Of a stretch of 64,000 nt of DNA, positions 57,433-64,000 are shown in pieces. The stretch covers positions 2,323-66,322 of the forward strand of contig JBKECE010000237.1 of the NCBI GenBank assembly GCA_047974325.1. The letters run 5' to 3'. The notes under the pieces are model-generated. The model saw only the letters and a program-made list of their open reading frames with translations, was not told the DNA's origin and did not search any database. The first letter of the stretch is position 1, and every line of letters begins with the position of its first letter. This DNA comes from Dysgonomonas sp. (GTDB lineage Bacteria; Bacteroidota; Bacteroidia; Bacteroidales; Dysgonomonadaceae). A program made the position numbers and the translations under genes.

Positions 57433-58770
57433 CTAATCGAAAAATTTTTCAATCTCACGCAATGTGTCATCCAGACAAAAGACCACAACGTGATCATAAG
57501 GCTCAACTTGAGTTTCTCCGTCTATCATCATGGGCTCTCCGTTCCTTATGAGTCCTCCGAGTGTGACATTTTTAGGAAGATTCAGTTTCTTTATTTCTTT
57601 CTTGGTGATGCGCGAATTGGGACGTGCAACAATCTCTGCAACATTAGCGTTGGCAAAAGCAAGTGATTTTACGGTAGAAATGTCGGCACTGAGCAAGAAG
57701 CGGTAAATATTACTGACTGTGATTAATTTTTTATTTATTATGGTGCCGATGTCTAAATTTTCAGCCATAGAAATATAATCCATATTTTCTACTTCGGCCA
57801 CAGTTTTACCCACACCAAACCGTTTTGCAGCAAGGCAAGCCAGAATGTTGGCTTCCGAATTGCCGGTTACGGCAATGAAAGCATCCACATCCTTAATGCC
57901 TTCTTGTAACAGGAAGTCGGCGTTTCGCCCATCGTCGTTGAAAACAGTTACATTTTTGGGCAACTTTTCCAATAACTTGTGGCACTTTTCCACATCTATT
58001 TCGAGTAGTTTAATGTTTGTTTTATCGGATAAATATTGACATGTGCGGATTGCGATGCGGCTGCCACCCATTATCATAACATTTTTGACGTCAAAATCCA
58101 CTTTACCGGTCAACACCGGAAGTTCTTTTACAAACTCATTTGTTGTGGAGAAAAAAACAATGTCTCCGTCCAACACCTGATGATTACCATTTGGGATGAT
58201 CGTTGTGCTGTTGCGCTTGATGGCAACAATATGGTATCTTTTTTCTTCACTGCCTAGTTCGTAGAGATATTTGTTGGCTAATGCTGAATTGGAACGAATT
58301 TTTACGCCAACCAATATGATTGCTCCTCCGCAAAGTTCTACCCAGAAACGAGCCCACGGTCTTTTTACGGAAGAAACAATTTCTTTCGCGGCCAACATTT
58401 CGGGATAGACCATGGAGTTGACACCTAACGATTCAAAAAAATCTCTGTTTTTTGGCAACAGATATTCATAGTTGTCGATGCGGGCAAATGTTTTTTTTGC
58501 GCCCATTCTTGAAGCCAGCATGCACGATGTTACATTGATGGCTTCTTCTGGTGTGACACCGATGAAAAGATCTGCATTCTTTATGCCGACTTCATTGAGG
58601 TCTTTCAATGATGTGGAAGAACCAACCATTGTTATCATCTCAAGATTGTTGCGCGAAAAATTTAGCTTTTCTTTGTCTGAATCCATCAAGATCACATCCT
58701 GATTTTCTTTCGATAATAATTTTGCCAAATGTGTTCCTACTGCACCAGCTCCTGCAATAACTATTTTCAT
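57433..58770 (-). CDS. trkA: Trk system NAD-binding regulatory subunit
   Basis: Two RCK_N/RCK_C repeats; N-terminal MKIVIAGAGAVGTHLAKLL and a second IMGGSRIA Rossmann motif. The 445 aa length fits. Confidence 0.95.
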   Translation of the reverse strand: MKIVIAGAGAVGTHLAKLLSKENQDVILMDSDKEKLNFSRNNLEMITMVGSSTSLKDLNEVGIKNADLFIGVTPEEAINVTSCMLASRMGAKKTFARIDNYEYLLPKNRDFFESLGVNSMVYPEMLAAKEIVSSVKRPWARFWVELCGGAIILVGVKIRSNSALANKYLYELGSEEKRYHIVAIKRNSTTIIPNGNHQVLDGDIVFFSTTNEFVKELPVLTGKVDFDVKNVMIMGGSRIAIRTCQYLSDKTNIKLLEIDVEKCHKLLEKLPKNVTVFNDDGRNADFLLQEGIKDVDAFIAVTGNSEANILACLAAKRFGVGKTVAEVENMDYISMAENLDIGTIINKKLITVSNIYRFLLSADISTVKSLAFANANVAEIVARPNSRITKKEIKKLNLPKNVTLGGLIRNGEPMMIDGETQVEPYDHVVVFCLDDTLREIEKFFD

Positions 58771-58771
58771 T

Positions 58772-60682
58772 TTATTCCGATTTTAGAGCGAGTTGAATTT
58801 GTTCTGTGATGCCATTGACATCTAATTTCCAAAGTTTGTTCAACTCGTTGATAGATCCGTGAGTGACAAACTCGTCAGGAAGCCCGATGCGGAACACTTT
58901 GATTTCATGATATCCGTTGTCCGAAAAATATTCGATGACAGCAGATCCCAATCCCCCTTTGACAACTCCGTTTTCTACAGTGATAACTGTTTTGTAGTTT
59001 TCAGCAACTTCTTTCAGGAGTTCTGTGTCTATGGGTTTCAAGAATATAATGTCGTAATGGGCAATATCAAAACCTTGCTTTTCTATTTCGACAATAGATT
59101 CTCTCACTGTGTTTCCGATAGGGCCGATAGAGATCACAGCAACATCTTTACCGGTTTTCAGTTTTCGACCTTTACCGATTTTTAGTAATTTCATATCGCA
59201 TTCCCAGTCCGACAATTCTCCCTGACCTCTGGGATAACGGATCACGAATGGGCCTGCAGTAGCATAAGTGGCCGTATACATCAGATGTCTGAGATAGTGC
59301 TCATTGTATGGTGAGGCAATGATAAGGTTGGGAATACAACGCATATATGCCAGATCGAATGCTCCGTGATGTGTGGGTCCGTCTTCTCCGACGAGTCCGG
59401 CTCTGTCGAGACACATTATCACATGAAGCTTTTGTAGTGCCACATCATGTATCACCTGATCGTATGCTCGTTGCATGAAAGAAGAATAAATGTTGCAGAA
59501 TGGGATCAAACCTTCTTTTGCCAATCCTGCCGAAAAGGTCACAGCATGAGCTTCCGCTATGCCTACATCAAAAGATCGGCTAGGAAATTCTTTCATCATG
59601 AAGCACATGGAAGATCCTGTTGGCATGGCAGGTGTTATTCCGACAATGCGGTCATCTTTTTTTGCCAATTCTACAAGTGTATGTCCGAAAACATCCTGAT
59701 ATAATTGTGGTTGATTTTTCGATTTGTGAGTGATCCGTTCTCCGGTTTCTTTATTGAATTTGCCCGGTGCATGCCACACGGTTGCAAATTGCTCAGCGGG
59801 TTTATATCCTTTTCCTTTTATGGTCTTAACATGTAGTATTTTGGGGCCTTCCAGATCTTTGATGTTTTCCAGAATGCGGACAAGTTCCTTAATGTCGTGT
59901 CCGTATATAGGACCGAAATAACGAATGTTGAAACCTTCAAACATATTTTGCTGCTTTGTGAGCAACGACTTCAGACTATTGTTGAAACGGAGTATAAAAT
60001 TCTTACCTTTCTCAGAGATCAGATTGTTTCGTTTAAATTTCTGATAAAGATCGTTACGCACTCTGTTGTAGACTTGGGATGTTGTTAGTTTCACCATATA
60101 ATCGCGGAATCCGCCGACATTGTCGTCGATTGCCATATCATTATCGTTCAGGATAATGAGTATATTGTTTGGCTGAGAGCTAGCATTGTTCAATGCCTCA
60201 TAGGCCAATCCTCCGGTCATGGAACCGTCACCTATCACAGCAACCACGTGCCTGTTTTCATGCTTGATTTTGGAGGCTACAGCCATTCCTAATGCTGCGG
60301 AAATAGAGTTTGAGGCATGTCCTGCAATGAATGCGTCGTAGTCGCTTTCTTCTGGATTGGGAAAGCCCGAAAGACCTCCGAATTTGCGATTTGTATAAAA
60401 ACGGTCACGTCTGCCTGTCAAAATCTTATGGCTATAGGCTTGGTGACCTACATCCCACACGATACGATCATAAGGTGTGTTATAGACATAGTGCAAAGCA
60501 ACAGTTAGTTCAACAGTGCCGAGACTCGAACCAAAGTGTCCGGGGTTTTCACTCAGTTGGTCGATAATAAAAGATCTGAGGTCATCACAAACGGTTTCTA
60601 GTTGATTTATCGTTAAGCCTTTCAGGTCTGAGGGAAAATTTATATTGTTTAGTAAAGAATCTTCGTTTTCTTGTTTGGTCAT
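58772..60682 (-). CDS. dxs: 1-deoxy-D-xylulose-5-phosphate synthase
   Basis: [44 protein letters not shown], the TPP motif [17 protein letters not shown], and a transketolase-like C-terminus. Confidence 0.97.
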   Translation of the reverse strand: MTKQENEDSLLNNINFPSDLKGLTINQLETVCDDLRSFIIDQLSENPGHFGSSLGTVELTVALHYVYNTPYDRIVWDVGHQAYSHKILTGRRDRFYTNRKFGGLSGFPNPEESDYDAFIAGHASNSISAALGMAVASKIKHENRHVVAVIGDGSMTGGLAYEALNNASSQPNNILIILNDNDMAIDDNVGGFRDYMVKLTTSQVYNRVRNDLYQKFKRNNLISEKGKNFILRFNNSLKSLLTKQQNMFEGFNIRYFGPIYGHDIKELVRILENIKDLEGPKILHVKTIKGKGYKPAEQFATVWHAPGKFNKETGERITHKSKNQPQLYQDVFGHTLVELAKKDDRIVGITPAMPTGSSMCFMMKEFPSRSFDVGIAEAHAVTFSAGLAKEGLIPFCNIYSSFMQRAYDQVIHDVALQKLHVIMCLDRAGLVGEDGPTHHGAFDLAYMRCIPNLIIASPYNEHYLRHLMYTATYATAGPFVIRYPRGQGELSDWECDMKLLKIGKGRKLKTGKDVAVISIGPIGNTVRESIVEIEKQGFDIAHYDIIFLKPIDTELLKEVAENYKTVITVENGVVKGGLGSAVIEYFSDNGYHEIKVFRIGLPDEFVTHGSINELNKLWKLDVNGITEQIQLALKSE

Positions 60683-60809
60683 ACTTTTTCAAATATTGTT
60701 GTATCCATTAAGGATAAATTATATTAAAAGAAACAAAAATATAAAACAAACAGAATTATTCCTATGATAACAACCAGTTTTTGAATACTATTTTAATAGG
60801 ATAAACTTT

Positions 60810-61946
60810 TTAGGCGTTTTTGACGGCATTTTTAATTTTTTCGGCCATTATTATTGTATTTTTAAGATACTCAAATTCAAGCTGAAAGCATTCGCTGAAT
60901 ATGTTGTCTTTGGTTAGGTTGATTTCTATTTGTTTGCTTGTCCAGAATTTACCTTTCAGTTGCGGAAAATTTCTTATCTGGTCTTCCGATTCGATGCGTA
61001 ATGTATAGAGAAAGATGAGACGGTTGGTTTCATCGTTTTTAAACACGTATTTTATCAAAAACTTGAAATTAGAGTTTTGGCTGGCTTCCATGATGTCGGC
61101 TATGCTGTCTCGTGCCGCTATATTGATTTCGTTGTTGAAGAGTAAATGTTTTTCAAAAGGATGATCGAGCAGACCTGTATCTAAGGTATCGTCTTTGGGA
61201 CGGTATTGGAGATATATCTGGTCTTTATGTATGAGGGCTATTCTGATGACGGGATGCATGAACCTGTTTTTCAACTTATCGGACTCCGATTTTGCTATTT
61301 TGCCTGATACTTCCCCTTTTTCGTTCACAATGGGTAACCATTGCTCCTTTTGAAGTTTTTTTGATATACGCCTGATCCGATAGTTTTCGTAGAATATAAT
61401 AAACAGTGAACCGACTATCGGAATCCACAGGTAGCTGATGCTGTCTATTATCGTGTATGGTAGTGAACTGCCACGAAAATAGATATAAATCACCATGTAG
61501 AACAAATGAAGAGTGAAGATATATTGACTGAAAAAAGCTGTCTGGAAAAAATCACTCAGGAATGGCTTTTGAGTATAATTCTTATTCCAGAAATAGCTGT
61601 TCATAATCTTTGGTTCTAAAATTCTCACCACCATAATTATGCAGACCAGATATATTTCAGAAATAATGATATATATTCCGGCCATTTCGGTTGTATTTTC
61701 TTTAGCGAAGAGCCTTGTTGCCAATGTGAGAGCAAGTGCCAACGTGGATATACCGATCGTGAGACCCGAGATTTTTGATTTTGCGTAATATTTCAGTATG
61801 ATTTCGAGTATGACCGCAATAGATAAACCGATCAACAAGGAGTGCGTGATGTTGAAACAAATCTGATACCCGACAATAAATGCTATGTAGGGAACCAGAC
61901 CTAAAGTAGGGTTCTTCAAATATTTTTTATGGCCTTTGCTAAGCAT
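60810..61946 (-). CDS. Polytopic membrane protein with C-terminal degenerate NUDIX/Idi-like domain
   Basis: About 6 TM helices. Next comes WLPIVNEKGEVSGKIAKSESDKLKNRFMHPVIRIALIHKDQIYLQYRP...LDHPFEKHLLFNNEINIAARDSIADIM. This follows the Idi/NUDIX fold pattern, but the Nudix-box glutamates are not conserved. The ATG at 61946 is preferred; the track start 62021 is TTG. Confidence 0.5.
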   Translation of the reverse strand: MLSKGHKKYLKNPTLGLVPYIAFIVGYQICFNITHSLLIGLSIAVILEIILKYYAKSKISGLTIGISTLALALTLATRLFAKENTTEMAGIYIIISEIYLVCIIMVVRILEPKIMNSYFWNKNYTQKPFLSDFFQTAFFSQYIFTLHLFYMVIYIYFRGSSLPYTIIDSISYLWIPIVGSLFIIFYENYRIRRISKKLQKEQWLPIVNEKGEVSGKIAKSESDKLKNRFMHPVIRIALIHKDQIYLQYRPKDDTLDTGLLDHPFEKHLLFNNEINIAARDSIADIMEASQNSNFKFLIKYVFKNDETNRLIFLYTLRIESEDQIRNFPQLKGKFWTSKQIEINLTKDNIFSECFQLEFEYLKNTIIMAEKIKNAVKNA

Positions 61947-62038
61947 TTGAAAAAATAAAGCAATATTATAAAAAAACACAGATAAGCCGGATGTATTGGG
62001 CTTACCTCTTCTTATAAACAAAAAATGCTATTTTTTGT

Positions 62039-62887
62039 TTATTTTTTAACTGCTTTATCGGCGTGATATGACGACCTGACCAATGGTCCGCTCTCAATAT
62101 GGTCAAAGCCTTTTGCCAGGCCTTCTTCTTTCAGTTGGGCAAATATGGCGGGTGTGATGTATTCGACTACTGCAAGGTGTTTACGTGTAGGCTGGAGATA
62201 CTGCCCGATGGTCAACCTTTTGCAGTTGACGGTCAGCAAATCGTCCATCAATTGGTTTACCTCCTCAAAGGTTTCACCCAGACCAAGCATTATTCCGGAT
62301 TTAGAGGTGTGTCCATTTTTTGCGATCCTATCCAGAACGTGCAGGCTCACATCATATTTTGCTGCACTCCTGACCTTTGGGGTGAGACTCCTGACGGTCT
62401 CCATGTTGTGTGAAATGATATCGGGGTGGGCTGCACAAATCATATCAATGAATGTGTCTTTGCCCTGAAAGTCAGGTATTAGGATTTCGATAGTCGTTTC
62501 GGGATTCAGCATCCTGATTTCTTCGATTGTTTTCACCCAATGTCCTGCTCCGAGATCGGGTAGGTCGTCTCTGTCGACAGAGGTGATGACAGCATGCTTT
62601 AGTTTCATCAACTGAACAGATTTTGCGACATTCAGAGGTTCTCGGCTATCCAGAGCGAGGGGTCTTCCTGTGAGCGTGTTGCAGAATTTGCATGATCGGG
62701 TGCATATTTCTCCGCCTATCATAAACGTGGCAGTGCCACGCTCCCAGCATTCGCCCATATTTGGGCAACGACCGCTTGAGCATATTGTGTGCAAGCAATG
62801 CTGGTCGACGATTTTCTTTGTTTGGGAGAAATTTTCATTTCCTCCAAGACGTATTTTGAGCCAATCGGGTTTTTTTACGTGTGTCAT
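62039..62887 (-). CDS. lipA: Lipoyl synthase
   Basis: KPDWLKIRL, the auxiliary cluster CSSGRCPNMGEC, the radical-SAM CTRSCKFC motif, and the C-terminal SGPLVRSSYHA. Confidence 0.97.
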   Translation of the reverse strand: MTHVKKPDWLKIRLGGNENFSQTKKIVDQHCLHTICSSGRCPNMGECWERGTATFMIGGEICTRSCKFCNTLTGRPLALDSREPLNVAKSVQLMKLKHAVITSVDRDDLPDLGAGHWVKTIEEIRMLNPETTIEILIPDFQGKDTFIDMICAAHPDIISHNMETVRSLTPKVRSAAKYDVSLHVLDRIAKNGHTSKSGIMLGLGETFEEVNQLMDDLLTVNCKRLTIGQYLQPTRKHLAVVEYITPAIFAQLKEEGLAKGFDHIESGPLVRSSYHADKAVKK

Positions 62888-62911
62888 TTTTCGAGATTAA
62901 TCTGTCTGAAT

Positions 62912-64000
62912 TTAATGTTGCAATTTGCTTTTGAAAAAATCAGTCACTTTCTGATACAAATAGGCACGGTTAGATGCTCCACGGATGGAGTGATCCTTGT
63001 CCGGAAAAACAAATAGGTCGAACTGTTTGTCTGCCCTTATCAAAGCTTTGGCATATTCCATCGTGTTCTGGAAATGTACGTTGTCGTCGGCAGAGCCATG
63101 TATAAGTAGCAGATTTCCATTCAACTGATCGGCAAGATGGATCGGTGAACCGTTGTTATAACCACTTTCATTTTGCTGAGGGGTACGCATAAAACGTTCG
63201 CCATAGACCGTGTCGTAGAATCGCCAGTCTGTGACCGGAGCAATAGCAACACCTGCTTTGAACACACTTCCACGACTCATACTCATCAATACGTTATACC
63301 CACCGTAACTCCATCCCCAGATGGCAATATTATTTTTGTCAATGTATGGTAGTGTGCCAAAATATTGGGCGGCGGCAATCTGATCGTCCGATTCTTTTAT
63401 TCCTAAATTCTGGTAAGTACATTTTCTGAAATCAACACCGCGTGCTCCGGTTCCGCGTCCATCCACACATGCCACAACAAAACCCTGTGTGGTCAGGTAA
63501 TCCACCCAATCCACTTTGAATTTATCGAGAACCTCCTGTGAATCGGGTCCACTGTATTGAACCATCACCAAGGGATATTTTTTTGATGAATCAAAGTTCT
63601 TCGGCCTCAAAATCCACGCATTGAGGTTGGTTGCGTCTTTGGCGGGCACACTGATAAACTCCTTTTTTTGTAATTGGATGGATGTCAGAGTCGATTTCAG
63701 AGCCTGATTGTCTTCCAATATTCTCACTTCTTTTCCTGTGGCATCGTTTATTGTGATGAATGCCGGAGTTTCGGCATTCGACCAATTGTTGATGTAGTAT
63801 TTACCATTATTACTGAAAACGGCACTGTTATATCCGACTTTGCCCGACAGTTTTGTTTTGACTCCTTTCATCAAGTCTGCTTTGTAGATGGCTCTGCGCA
63901 AAGGGCTCTCTTCTGCCGATTGGTAGAAGATGGTTTTGGTAACAGGATCTATGGCAAGGATATCTGTCACATCATAATTACCACTTGTGACAGCTTTCTT
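62912..64000 (-). CDS. S9B dipeptidyl-peptidase IV-like serine peptidase, C-terminal part (5' end beyond window)
   Basis: The frame stays open to the window edge (...KKAVTSGNYDVTDILAIDP...). The alpha/beta-hydrolase triad contexts are WGWSYGGY (Ser), HGSADDNVHFQN (Asp) and PDKDHSI (His). Confidence 0.9.
   Translation of the reverse strand, partial: KKAVTSGNYDVTDILAIDPVTKTIFYQSAEESPLRRAIYKADLMKGVKTKLSGKVGYNSAVFSNNGKYYINNWSNAETPAFITINDATGKEVRILEDNQALKSTLTSIQLQKKEFISVPAKDATNLNAWILRPKNFDSSKKYPLVMVQYSGPDSQEVLDKFKVDWVDYLTTQGFVVACVDGRGTGARGVDFRKCTYQNLGIKESDDQIAAAQYFGTLPYIDKNNIAIWGWSYGGYNVLMSMSRGSVFKAGVAIAPVTDWRFYDTVYGERFMRTPQQNESGYNNGSPIHLADQLNGNLLLIHGSADDNVHFQNTMEYAKALIRADKQFDLFVFPDKDHSIRGASNRAYLYQKVTDFFKSKLQH

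Noticed and set aside
1-64000. CRISPR arrays, tRNA/rRNA genes, transposases, integrases, phage or defence-system genes
   Set aside because: No regularly spaced direct repeats and no cloverleaf-like or rRNA-like segments were seen in the few intergenic gaps. No ORF carried DDE, tyrosine-recombinase or serine-recombinase motifs or recognisable defence signatures. The PglZ domain present belongs to the REC-fused PorX-type regulator, not to BREX.

Overview
AT-rich Bacteroidota (probably Bacteroidales) chromosome segment. Support for this: Bacteroidetes-type TAnnTTTG -7 boxes, a SusC/SusD pair, many T9SS C-terminal sorting domains and a PorX-like regulator. All calls come from reading the supplied translations and the DNA by eye; no database search was run. 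Housekeeping blocks flank an accessory core. The left block (1-23.1 kb) holds xseA, an S8 protease, rpoN, a GT2, gcvH, purE, a SIS protein, a SUI1/YciH protein, a UvrD-type helicase-nuclease, pdxB, two ABC proteins, a large OM beta-barrel, typA, an acetylesterase and ychF. The right block (51-64 kb) holds tsaE, porX-like, tcdA, an SGNH esterase, capA, trkH, trkA, dxs, a membrane Nudix-like protein, lipA and a DPP-IV-like S9 peptidase. The accessory core (23.6-51 kb) contains a 1593-aa BspA-type LRR/HAF-repeat T9SS surface protein and a Big2-SGNH-LamG esterase. It also contains a Sus-type polysaccharide utilisation locus: two GH92 alpha-mannosidases, a GLUG-motif T9SS protein, SusC, SusD, a small lipoprotein, a 645-aa unknown putative glycosidase and a CBM-like T9SS protein. 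A separately transcribed multidomain PL1 pectate lyase follows. The most interesting object is the 30531..33065 minus-strand frame, divergent from the PUL. It is one continuous 845-codon frame for an unusual membrane-spanning one-component regulator: signal peptide, LamG-like domain, Kelch-like propeller, TM helix, then a cytoplasmic SARP-like winged helix plus BTAD. Only two in-frame TAA codons interrupt it. The shared promoter region carries phased TTAAT heptamers next to a -7 box that has no -33 element. No rRNA, tRNA, CRISPR array, transposase or integrase was recognised.
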